IMG/VR virus record: IMGVR_UViG_3300034104_004745
Coordinates: 64,001-128,000 of that record
From: a virus
Lineage: Duplodnaviria > Heunggongvirae > Uroviricota > Caudoviricetes
DNA length: 64,000 bases
Strand: one strand, 5' to 3'
The notes beneath the pieces were generated by a model. It was not told the origin of the DNA. It did not search any database and saw only the letters and a program-made list of their open reading frames with translations. A program made the translations under genes and the position numbers. Each line of letters opens with the position of its first letter. Within the stretch, counting starts at the first letter, position 1. Below are positions 36,980-46,801 of the stretch, piece after piece.

Positions 36980-39900
36980 TTATGATTTTTTCGGTGTTGC
37001 TGTTGCTGGATCTTCTTCTTGTAAAACAAAAGAATATACCTTATTATTTTTATTATTATATAAGTATAGTTTTTCTTCACCCTCAACAATAGTATAGTCA
37101 CCAATACCGTTTGAAAGAGATAAATCCGAAGTGAATACAGTACCCCATCTTAATGATGCAGAACCTAAATTTTGTGTTCCGTTTGCTCCTGGATGAATGT
37201 GCCCGGTTTCAGCTTTAAAAACCATTCTTGAGGTCATTGTACCACCAACATTTTGTCTAATATGAATATCACCAAAAACTTGGCCCGAACTTAATGGGTA
37301 TGTACTATCAATATAACACAACGCATTATTAGGGTTATACCTCATTTCCAAACCTGTTCCCGACGTCCATCTTGCTGCAACAACAGCGTCATTTGAAGCA
37401 ACTGTTGACATTGAAACAATTAATGATGATCCAGCATAAGCTCTTATTTGACCAGCGACATCTAGTTTGTACCCCGAATTGAATGTGCTACCAATTTCCA
37501 CATTCCCGTTGCCCCAAATGTTAAACACATCATCAACAGAATGTAATCCCAATGATAATCTGTTACTCGTAGACCCCGCCCCATTATATTGGAAATAGAA
37601 TTGACCCATGTTTCTAGAACCATCCGCCTGACCTACGGCCATCATAATATGATCACCAGCATTCATTCCACTATTAAGAAGTCTTACACCTCTTTGAAAT
37701 GTTCCTGTTCCAGTGGCGGTTAAATTAACTAATGGTGCACTTGAACTATTTGACCCCGATAATGATAATTGACCAGACCCATTGACAGCCATTGTTTGAG
37801 TACCATTAGCGTACCAAGTATGTGTTCCATTAAATGAATTATATCTTAAATTACCAGTATTATTTTCTGTACCAATATATCCTTGCCATTGTGCTGTTGC
37901 ATTATAATATTCAATACCGGCGAAACCAGCAACACTCACAATTGTTGTTGCTGAAAATGTTTTTGTTCCACCAATTGTTTGATTTCCAGTTGTATAAACA
38001 CCATTTGTTACCGTCCCTGCACTATCAGCATAACCTGCAGAAATTTTATTCCAAGACCCCCATGTTGTTGCCTCTCTAGTTCTAAATGATATATATTTGT
38101 CTGAAGATCCATATCTTGGTATAGCTAATTGTAACGCATAGTCACTATATGCATAATCATTACCAAGACCAATACTAAATCCATAGAATTGAGAAGAACC
38201 AGTTCCTGGACCATTTGTTGATCCTTGTACGTATCTAAATCCAAAATTACTAATACTATTAAAATCAGTATGGGTGCTATGGTTATTACCCATATTGTTA
38301 AAGAACTGAACTGGTGTTAAATTCGCAACAGTTGATGCATTAGAAACCGACTGTGAACCAATATTACCGGTTGTAATCGCATCTGTAATCCCATAACCAC
38401 TGATTGTTGTTGGCTTTGAAGAAACGTTTGCGAATGAGATACCAGTAATGTACCCATTTGGATTTGTTGCGTTATATGGTGTATAACCTAATGCTGTTGT
38501 TACATTACTAGAAGTGATACCAGTTATATAACCTGGTCCATTAGTAAGTTGGTTAAGGTTAGTTAAGTTACCAGCATGATATATTGCGTTACCATTAAAA
38601 CTGAAATTATCTCTAGCAACTATGAATAAAGACGTGAATGTTGCCGCGCCACCAATAGTTGCCCCAGAAAACACATTTAAATCCATGCCACCACCAGAAG
38701 TATTAAAGTTCAAATATGCACCTGTAGTACTTGTTGCCTGCCATCCACCATTAAAAAATGCACCTCTACTTATAATACCACTATCTGATGTTATAAAAAT
38801 ACCGTTTGCTGTTGATCCAAATAACGCTACTGTTTGATAATTTGCTGTGCTTGGCTTGTTAAACGTATAATAAGCCGCACCGGAAACACTAAGACCGGCC
38901 GTAGATGTTAATCCTGCTGCTGTTATGTTACCAGCAGTGTTTATTGTAACTAGATTTGCAGTTCCACCATTAGGTCTAAAATTAAATCCATTTCCAGTTG
39001 AAGCTGTAAAATACATACCATCTGTAGTTCCAGTAGCAGCAAATATTCTATTGCCCCCATCTGCTGTAGAATTAAAACCAATAACTTTATATGGAGAACC
39101 ATATGTGGTATCATTACCAAGTAAAATACCATTTGCATTCATGTTACTTGTTGAAGTTACACCAGCAAATGTTGGTGATGATGTTGTTAAAACCGCTTGG
39201 TTTAAAACAGAACCGTATCCTGTTGTAGATGATAAAGTAATTTGAGATGAACCAGAAACTAAACCAGAAGGAATGCTTGATATACTTCCAAAAGATATTT
39301 GGGATGAACCAGAAACAACACCTTCGGCATTTAATCTTGTTTTTATTCCGGTTGAATAGTTCGTTGTTGCTGTTAAATCAATTTGAACTGAACCTGAAAC
39401 AATACCACTAGGTATACCACTTAAACTAGGATATGAAACTTGTGAAGAACCAGAAACAATACCTGATGGTATGCTACTTAATCCTGTATATGAGATTTGT
39501 GATGAACCAGAAACTAATCCAGATGGTACACCGGTTATTCCGCCAAATGAAATTTGAGCAGATCCCGAAACAACAGATATACCATTAAAGAATGAACCTG
39601 AATGAATTGTTGTACCAGCCAATACTTGAGATGAACCAGAGACAATACCACTTGGTATTCCACTTAATCCACTATATGTTATTTGTGATGAACCAGATAC
39701 AACACCTTCAGTGTTTAATTCTTTTTTAACACCATCTAAGAAGTGTACAGAACCGGTATCTAATGTTATTGTTCTTGTTGATGCAATTGTTCCACCACCA
39801 CTTAAACCACTACCTGCTGTTATTGAAACTGCGGTATGGTCAACGTGTTGATTTGCATCATAGTTTGTTGTTGCGTTATGATTTATCTGTGATGAACCAG

Positions 39901-42163
39901 ACACTAAAGTTGTACCAGTTGCACTAAACGTACCATTAACAACAGTATTTGAAAGCATTGTGACAGTTGTTCCATTATCACTAATATTACTAGCAGCTAA
40001 ATGTTCAATACCTGTGCTTTTTACTAATCTATTTTGTGTAATATATAATTCACCACCTAAATCATTATAGGTTTCTGGGCCCATTAATAAAACAGATGAT
40101 GTTACAGTTCCCTGATTTTGGTGTACAAATATCCATTGATTATTTGTTGAATCAAATAACATTGAACCAGAAACAGTCGGTGAAGAACCACTATCTATTA
40201 CAGCAAGACCACCAAAACGAATACTTGGATTTTGTGCGTTTACTGTAATAATATTATCGCCAATATTAACTACCGATGAACTAATATGTTGAATCGATGA
40301 TGAACCCGCAATAATTAAATTTTCGGAAACAAATAACGATCCAGTTATTGTTTGATTACCTTGAAATATATTAGAACCAGTAGTTGCATAACTTCCGGTT
40401 TTATTTTCTAAAGATGTTATTCTACCATCTTGTGTTGTGTTAGCTGACGATAAACTAGCAGTTGTAGATTCAATTGAAGTTAATCTATTGTTTGTACTTG
40501 AACTATATGTGTTTAAACTTGATGTACTTGTTTCGATTGCACTTAGTCTTCCATTGGTTGTACCACTATAAGAAGCGAATGAACCTGTAACAGTTTCAAT
40601 GCCACTAAATTTAGTATTAGCACTTGATGTAAAACTATTTAAACTTGCAGTTGTACTTTCAATTGTTGATACTCTTGTATTATTACTTGATGTATATGAA
40701 TTTAAACTACTTGTTGTTGATTCAATAATACCTAATCTTGTATCGTTACTTGTTGTATATGAATTTAAACTACTTGTTGTGGTTTCTATAGCATTTAATC
40801 TACTAATCGCAGATGCAGTAAAACTATTTAAACTTCCTCCACTACTTTCTAAGTTACTAATTCTAGTATTAACTGATGAACTAAAATCAGTAAGGTTTAT
40901 TCCTTCAATTGTACCAGTAATATCAATAGATCCAGAAACAACAATATCATTTGCAAATACAACTGGTGTTCCACCAACTGATGATTGAATTTTATTACCA
41001 TTCAATATTTCTACGGTACCCTTCAACATGATTTTACCATTTGTTGGGTCTAATAAGATGTCACCATCTGCATTAGATTTTAATTCAATATCACCGTCAG
41101 CTGTCTGAAGAATAATTGAATCGGTACCGCCTTCTAATATTTTAATTGATTGCCCGTTATCTGTTGTAATTTGTAATTCTTGTGAAGTACTACTAATAAC
41201 TTTTGTTCCGTCAATATAAAGAGACCCAGAAGAGATATAAACATCTCTCCATTGGTAATCAGCACTACCTAAATCATATGTGTTATCTACTGAAGGTATA
41301 ATTGAACCTGATAAGGTTTGTGTACCTTTAAATAAATTAGATCCAGTTATTGCAAAACCGTAGTTTGTTACTTGAACTGAACTTGAAACAATATTAGAAC
41401 CATTTAATACTTGAGAAGATCCAGAAATAACACCATCAAGATTTAATTTATCTTTAATTGTTGTATTAATTGATGAAGTAAATGAATTTAAACTTCCTGT
41501 TGATGTTTCAACAGTTGATAATCTATTATTAACAGATGAAGTAAAACTATATAAACTAGATGTTGCAGATTCAATAGATGTTAATCGCCCATTTGTGCTG
41601 CTTGTATATGAATTTAATGATCCTGTTGTAGTATCAATAACATTCAATCTATTTTCTAAACTACTTGTATATGAATTTAAACTTGATGTATAACTTTTAA
41701 TTGAACTTGAGAAGTTACCAAATTCAACCTCACTAACAAACGAAGTATCTAAAGATGAACTAAATGATTCTAATCCACCAATTCGTGCATTGAATGAAGA
41801 ACTATCACTAATATAAGATGTTGTAAACGAATTATATGATCCTGTTAAGTTGTTAAAGTCTGTTGTTGCAACTTTATAGGATGAAGTATAGGTATTAAAT
41901 GTTGTTTCATCTAATTTTCCCGTTCCAATTGCCTGGCCATTCAAAGAAATGGACCCAGTAATATTCATTGAACCGGTAAATGTATGAATATCATCTCCCG
42001 AGTTACCAAATCTGGTAGAACCAGACTCATAAATTATTGAAGACGTGGTAATTGATGTATGAAATTCATCTACCGTTAACGTACCTCTAACGCGTAAATC
42101 TTGTTCGATTTCCGCAGAACCGGACACAACAAGTCCGTTTTTGACTTTAAATTCGTTTGCCAT
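36980..42163 (-). CDS. Long tail fibre, paralog of the 1766-aa fibre
   Basis: Shares proximal blocks with 29160-34460; distinct distal part ending TSDLSLSNGIGDYTIVEGEEKLYL. Confidence 0.88.
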   Translation of the reverse strand: MANEFKVKNGLVVSGSAEIEQDLRVRGTLTVDEFHTSITTSSIIYESGSTRFGNSGDDIHTFTGSMNITGSISLNGQAIGTGKLDETTFNTYTSSYKVATTDFNNLTGSYNSFTTSYISDSSSFNARIGGLESFSSSLDTSFVSEVEFGNFSSSIKSYTSSLNSYTSSLENRLNVIDTTTGSLNSYTSSTNGRLTSIESATSSLYSFTSSVNNRLSTVETSTGSLNSFTSSINTTIKDKLNLDGVISGSSQVLNGSNIVSSSVQVTNYGFAITGSNLFKGTQTLSGSIIPSVDNTYDLGSADYQWRDVYISSGSLYIDGTKVISSTSQELQITTDNGQSIKILEGGTDSIILQTADGDIELKSNADGDILLDPTNGKIMLKGTVEILNGNKIQSSVGGTPVVFANDIVVSGSIDITGTIEGINLTDFSSSVNTRISNLESSGGSLNSFTASAISRLNAIETTTSSLNSYTTSNDTRLGIIESTTSSLNSYTSSNNTRVSTIESTTASLNSFTSSANTKFSGIETVTGSFASYSGTTNGRLSAIETSTSSLNTYSSSTNNRLTSIESTTASLSSANTTQDGRITSLENKTGSYATTGSNIFQGNQTITGSLFVSENLIIAGSSSIQHISSSVVNIGDNIITVNAQNPSIRFGGLAVIDSGSSPTVSGSMLFDSTNNQWIFVHQNQGTVTSSVLLMGPETYNDLGGELYITQNRLVKSTGIEHLAASNISDNGTTVTMLSNTVVNGTFSATGTTLVSGSSQINHNATTNYDANQHVDHTAVSITAGSGLSGGGTIASTRTITLDTGSVHFLDGVKKELNTEGVVSGSSQITYSGLSGIPSGIVSGSSQVLAGTTIHSGSFFNGISVVSGSAQISFGGITGVPSGLVSGSSQISYTGLSSIPSGIVSGSSQVSYPSLSGIPSGIVSGSVQIDLTATTNYSTGIKTRLNAEGVVSGSSQISFGSISSIPSGLVSGSSQITLSSTTGYGSVLNQAVLTTSSPTFAGVTSTSNMNANGILLGNDTTYGSPYKVIGFNSTADGGNRIFAATGTTDGMYFTASTGNGFNFRPNGGTANLVTINTAGNITAAGLTSTAGLSVSGAAYYTFNKPSTANYQTVALFGSTANGIFITSDSGIISRGAFFNGGWQATSTTGAYLNFNTSGGGMDLNVFSGATIGGAATFTSLFIVARDNFSFNGNAIYHAGNLTNLNQLTNGPGYITGITSSNVTTALGYTPYNATNPNGYITGISFANVSSKPTTISGYGITDAITTGNIGSQSVSNASTVANLTPVQFFNNMGNNHSTHTDFNSISNFGFRYVQGSTNGPGTGSSQFYGFSIGLGNDYAYSDYALQLAIPRYGSSDKYISFRTREATTWGSWNKISAGYADSAGTVTNGVYTTGNQTIGGTKTFSATTIVSVAGFAGIEYYNATAQWQGYIGTENNTGNLRYNSFNGTHTWYANGTQTMAVNGSGQLSLSGSNSSSAPLVNLTATGTGTFQRGVRLLNSGMNAGDHIMMAVGQADGSRNMGQFYFQYNGAGSTSNRLSLGLHSVDDVFNIWGNGNVEIGSTFNSGYKLDVAGQIRAYAGSSLIVSMSTVASNDAVVAARWTSGTGLEMRYNPNNALCYIDSTYPLSSGQVFGDIHIRQNVGGTMTSRMVFKAETGHIHPGANGTQNLGSASLRWGTVFTSDLSLSNGIGDYTIVEGEEKLYLYNNKNNKVYSFVLQEEDPATATPKKS

Positions 42164-42199
42164 ATTATATTAGTTTCACTGTCCACTAATGTGTTACTA

Positions 42200-42207
42200 A
42201 TAAATAC
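42200..42207 (-). promoter_or_regulatory. Putative late-promoter motif GTATTTAT
   Basis: 36 nt upstream of the ATG at 42163. Confidence 0.45.
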
Positions 42208-42214
42208 TTACTTT

Positions 42215-45200
42215 TTAACAAGCATATTGATTAATTACGAAACCATTAGAGTCAATTCTTAGAGTTGTGCCGTAATCCGCTGTAGAATTTCCATAATACT
42301 TGTTGTTACCATTAAATGGTGTTACTAAGCTTGAATTTGTAAAGAATCTAGTGACCTCTAACCAATCAGATGCGTTACCATATACTGTTTGATCTTGACC
42401 AAACAATCCAGAGCAATAATCTGGGGCAGTGCTACCTGTACTTATTTGATAAGTCGTTGATGCGCAGTAACCTTTCGCAACTAAAACACCATTTGCGCCT
42501 ATTTGATACCATGCGGTAATTCCTGTTGTCTCTGTTCTATAAAATCCAACTGGAACAAACGTGGTTTGAATTTGGTTAGTGTACCAAACAGCCCCTACAT
42601 CATAAATTGCTTGGGAAGTGTATGCTGATACATATATATTAAATGGCGCCCCAGTATTGATATTTGTACAAACATTTCCCGCACTAGATCCACTATACAC
42701 ATCTAAAATAACCCACATTTGTGGACCAGATGAAGTTGCTGTAGGCGTTGGTGTTGCAGTAATAGTCGGGGTCGAGGTTGGTGTTGGTGTCACCATTGGT
42801 GTTGAAGTAGGTGTTGGTGTTGGTTGAGCAATAACTTGATCACCAAGTGCTCGATATAATACCTCAATTGTCCATGTTCCAGAACTTATTGTAGCATTTA
42901 ATTTACCTGCACCTGAAACATTAAAACCAACTGCAGTTGTATTACCTAAATCAATTGTTGTTGTTTCATTGAATGTCGAATTTGTACCATCCCAAGCACT
43001 CATTATGCTACCGGCTCTCATATTGGAACCATTTTTAACAACGTAATCAAAAAACGCTCCATCAAATGACCCTAAATCAAATATTTCAGCGTTACCTGAA
43101 ATTGTTGTAGTGGTTGCACACATCTTAGCGTTGTTAATAGTTAAACAACCATTAATAGTTTGATTACCATTGAATACATTTGATCCAGTTGTTGCATATC
43201 CATAACCTGAAATTTGAGCACTACTACTTACAATAGTACTACCACTAAAATTTATATTACTGGTATCAATTGAACCAGAAATAATATGCCCACCTTTTGC
43301 CACATTTAAATGTCCAGCAACTGGTGCAGAAAAATAAACCTCAATATTATCACCATCAATAGATCTGATTTCTTGTGGGAAAATTATTTTTCTATTGTTA
43401 TCATAAACAGTAACAATTGGGTAATCTGTACCCATATTGTGTGATATTGACCAAGTTGTTGCCGCACTAAATTGTTCTGTCATTCCGCCAGGGCCAGTAC
43501 CAAGTGAAGCAATTGCTCTACCACTTTGTGCTGATGGGAATGTTATAGTTGCACTATCAGAAGTTACTGCTGTTATTTGTGATGGAATAATCACATTATC
43601 ATTTGTATCAAAAATTTGGAAAATTGGATACTTCTGACCTAAATTGTGATTAAATGTCCAAGTTGTACTAGGTGTTGTTTGATTTAATTCAGCAAACCCG
43701 CCACCACTACCACCACTACCACCTGAACCAGCATTAAGCGCAAATGCCGCAGTTAATGCGTATGATGCACTTAATACAGTCATTGATGATGTTTGACTTG
43801 TATAAACAACACTAGAAGTAAAATTATCTAACGCTGAAATATGTGTATTAACTGAACCACTGAATAAACTAAATGAACTTGTGAAAGATTCGAACGACCC
43901 AGTAATAATATCAACTCTGTCATTAAGAGATGATGAAAGGTTAGTTGTACTAAATTTTAATTCTTTTGTATATCCATTTGTATTTGTATCTGTGTTTGAT
44001 ACTGTAATATCAACACCACCTTCGCTAACAACCTCAAACGCATCCGATCCAGTTGCTCTTAACATTCCTGAACCCGATACAAAAATATCTCTAAAGTGTG
44101 AACCAATTGATATGAATGCTGTCCCAGGAACAGATTCACTAACATTTAATCCCGTACTATCATCAAAATGTAATTTAGTAAATTGCTTGTCATATGTACC
44201 ACCATCAACATCAGAACCTGTGATATGGAATGGGACATTTGTTAAACCAAGTGCACTACCTGTAAATTCGTTAGCGGTAACATAACCTAAAACATTTAGA
44301 TTATGACCAGCTTTAATACTACCACTAAATTCATATGTGTATCCACTACTTACCGAACCAGTATTAAATGAAATTTGTTTTGACCCACTAATTTGAATTT
44401 GTGGATTTTGCCAATTACTTTGTGCAAATAAATTTAAATTTGATGGGTGAGCAATTCCACCTAATGTACCAACATATAAATCTTTTCCCGCGTTTATGAG
44501 GTATGCATCATTCGCATATCCAACATAACCCTCATCATATGTTGATGAATTAATACCCAAATCAACGTAATGAATTGATTCATTACCATTGTCTGCCGTT
44601 ATAACCACATCACCACTAGCTCCTGAACCAGAATTATGGTTTTGTACTTTTATTTGGGTGTACGCCGTATAATCACCCTCAAAATGTGCAACATTAAAAC
44701 TACCACTATTCTGTACGTGTAAAATTTCGGGGTTATTCACATGGAATGATCCTGTACCAATTAATAATGAGCCTGTTACACTTTGGTTACCATGTAAATT
44801 AAAACTACCGCTAATGAATACAGAACCTGTAAAATTATGTGTATCATCAGACGTGTCACCAAATTTTGTTGAACCGGATTGATATAAAACAGATGATGTT
44901 ACATAATCAATATGTAATTCTTTTGCTGTTAATGTACCATCAATGTAAACATCTCTGTTTACGTATAAACCAGTATTGTCGATTGATGCACTAGCATTAC
45001 CACTAACGATTTTATCTAGTTGTAATCCAGTAACACCACTCGCTGGAATATTATATAAACCAATACCATCACCAATAAATGATCCTGTGAATGCACCTGT
45101 TGTATATGAAGATGTAAATGAATTAAAATCACTTCTAATACTTCCACTTTCAGTTTCTAAAGAATCAATTCTTTCATCAAGAAGATTTGTTGTTGTTGCA

Positions 45201-46651
45201 ATAGATGAACTTAAATCAGTTATTGATCCTGTAACAACATCTATACTATCTTTAATAGAAGAACTGAATGTTGAATATCCTGTTGTTCCTGTAATTTCAA
45301 TTTGTGATGATCCAGATACTAATGTTGGTCGATTAATTAAACCAAAGAAATCAAATGAACCTGTAATTGAATTTGCAACTAAATTACCATCAATATTAAT
45401 TGTTGTTCCTGTTTCTGAAATAATAGAAACATCTAAATGGTCTCCGCCAATAGATTTTACTATTCTTCCATCAATTAATCCTGGCTCATCGCCTAAAGAA
45501 CCACTGTTTCTTGGCCCAGAAAGTAGCATACCTCCGGAATATGATGCCCCGTCAACATTTTGATAAACCCAATGATTGTGTTGGCTATCCCAAGCTAAAG
45601 ACGCTGTTGCATTTGAACTTCCACTATCATAAACTTTTAACCCACCAAATCTTTCTGCAGGTTCAAAGACATTAACACTTATGAAAGATGCACTTACCGC
45701 TAATTGTGATGATGTAACATAAACAAGTGAAGATGAACCTAAAACAGTTAAATTTTGTGTAACTGTTAGACTTCCTGTAACAACATAATCACCTTCTAAT
45801 GATTTACTATTTTTCCAAAGACTACCACTTCTAACTAGTAAGTCACCGTGGGTTATTCCTGTGTATATAACGTCGTGAGCCTCATTTAACTCTATACCAT
45901 TATCAACACGAACATAAATTGAACCTTGGTTTTGTTGGATTCTTAATACTTCACCAAGACGAACACCGTGATTGGGTGCAGTTGGTGGTGTGGTTGTAAA
46001 AGTACCATTTAACCCCAAGAATAATAACGCACCGGCAGTCATTCCATTGGTATTAACTCCCGTCAATACACCTTCTGTAATCACTAAACCAAAATCATCA
46101 TTTGGTATGTTTACTGTTGCAATACCTAATACGTTTGCTGAACCCTCTTCTGAAGTTGGATCTGCTACACCAATTAATGGATTGTCACCGGTTGAACCAA
46201 CAATTCTAACAACTGTACCTTTATTAATCTGTGCACCAGTAATGTTCTTACAATAAACATCTGTTTGTAATGTCCTAAATGACATTGAAGACGATGGTAC
46301 CAATTGTGAACCGCTATATGCTTCTAAACTATCTAAACGATCATCGAATGAACCCGATATTGTAACTAAGTTTGTTACACCAGATAATGGTATATTATAT
46401 AAACCAGAACCATCCCCAATAAATGAACTTGAAACTTGAGATGCTGAAATAGCACCTATTAAATTAATTGAACCTGTATTAACCGTGTTTGTTGAGATTA
46501 ACTCTTCCACTGATGGTCCGAGAGAACCTGATTTTGCCATATAAACCTTACCGTCGGTAGTGTTTAATGCTAATTCACCTAATTGTAAATTTGAATTAGT
46601 GGGTTTTTGACCAGATACACTGCTCCTACGCAGTTTTACTATTTGTGCCAT
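42215..46651 (-). CDS. Large tail or fibre structural protein (Mtd-N-like N-terminus, TWxxxHNLG modules, Pro/Thr linker)
   Basis: MAQIVKLRRS...P...LQLGELALNTTDGKVY, two TW.(F/I).HN(L/M)G..YP modules, TPTPTPT linker before the C-terminal domain. Confidence 0.8.
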   Translation of the reverse strand: MAQIVKLRRSSVSGQKPTNSNLQLGELALNTTDGKVYMAKSGSLGPSVEELISTNTVNTGSINLIGAISASQVSSSFIGDGSGLYNIPLSGVTNLVTISGSFDDRLDSLEAYSGSQLVPSSSMSFRTLQTDVYCKNITGAQINKGTVVRIVGSTGDNPLIGVADPTSEEGSANVLGIATVNIPNDDFGLVITEGVLTGVNTNGMTAGALLFLGLNGTFTTTPPTAPNHGVRLGEVLRIQQNQGSIYVRVDNGIELNEAHDVIYTGITHGDLLVRSGSLWKNSKSLEGDYVVTGSLTVTQNLTVLGSSSLVYVTSSQLAVSASFISVNVFEPAERFGGLKVYDSGSSNATASLAWDSQHNHWVYQNVDGASYSGGMLLSGPRNSGSLGDEPGLIDGRIVKSIGGDHLDVSIISETGTTINIDGNLVANSITGSFDFFGLINRPTLVSGSSQIEITGTTGYSTFSSSIKDSIDVVTGSITDLSSSIATTTNLLDERIDSLETESGSIRSDFNSFTSSYTTGAFTGSFIGDGIGLYNIPASGVTGLQLDKIVSGNASASIDNTGLYVNRDVYIDGTLTAKELHIDYVTSSVLYQSGSTKFGDTSDDTHNFTGSVFISGSFNLHGNQSVTGSLLIGTGSFHVNNPEILHVQNSGSFNVAHFEGDYTAYTQIKVQNHNSGSGASGDVVITADNGNESIHYVDLGINSSTYDEGYVGYANDAYLINAGKDLYVGTLGGIAHPSNLNLFAQSNWQNPQIQISGSKQISFNTGSVSSGYTYEFSGSIKAGHNLNVLGYVTANEFTGSALGLTNVPFHITGSDVDGGTYDKQFTKLHFDDSTGLNVSESVPGTAFISIGSHFRDIFVSGSGMLRATGSDAFEVVSEGGVDITVSNTDTNTNGYTKELKFSTTNLSSSLNDRVDIITGSFESFTSSFSLFSGSVNTHISALDNFTSSVVYTSQTSSMTVLSASYALTAAFALNAGSGGSGGSGGGFAELNQTTPSTTWTFNHNLGQKYPIFQIFDTNDNVIIPSQITAVTSDSATITFPSAQSGRAIASLGTGPGGMTEQFSAATTWSISHNMGTDYPIVTVYDNNRKIIFPQEIRSIDGDNIEVYFSAPVAGHLNVAKGGHIISGSIDTSNINFSGSTIVSSSAQISGYGYATTGSNVFNGNQTINGCLTINNAKMCATTTTISGNAEIFDLGSFDGAFFDYVVKNGSNMRAGSIMSAWDGTNSTFNETTTIDLGNTTAVGFNVSGAGKLNATISSGTWTIEVLYRALGDQVIAQPTPTPTSTPMVTPTPTSTPTITATPTPTATSSGPQMWVILDVYSGSSAGNVCTNINTGAPFNIYVSAYTSQAIYDVGAVWYTNQIQTTFVPVGFYRTETTGITAWYQIGANGVLVAKGYCASTTYQISTGSTAPDYCSGLFGQDQTVYGNASDWLEVTRFFTNSSLVTPFNGNNKYYGNSTADYGTTLRIDSNGFVINQYAC

Positions 46652-46726
46652 ATATATGGTTCTCTCTCTATTTTTTTGTGGTATATACCACGGTTAATTG
46701 ACCTATATAGGTCTTAACTATAAATA
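46648..46726. promoter_or_regulatory. Cluster of three TATA-cored palindromes plus the TATTTATA motif
   Basis: CCATATATATGG at 46648-46659, GGTATATACC at 46680-46689, GACCTATATAGGTC at 46700-46713, motif at 46719-46726. Confidence 0.45.
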
Positions 46727-46750
46727 CATAAAAAATTAGATTAAATAAAT

Positions 46751-46778
46751 AAAAAAGGGAGGTTTTTAGTCCTCCCTT
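46751..46778 (-). terminator. Rho-independent terminator
   Basis: aagggagg/cctccctt stem, 8-nt loop, T-tract on the minus strand after the gene ending at 46802. Confidence 0.8.
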
Positions 46779-46801
46779 AATTTTATATTTAAAATAAACG
46801 T

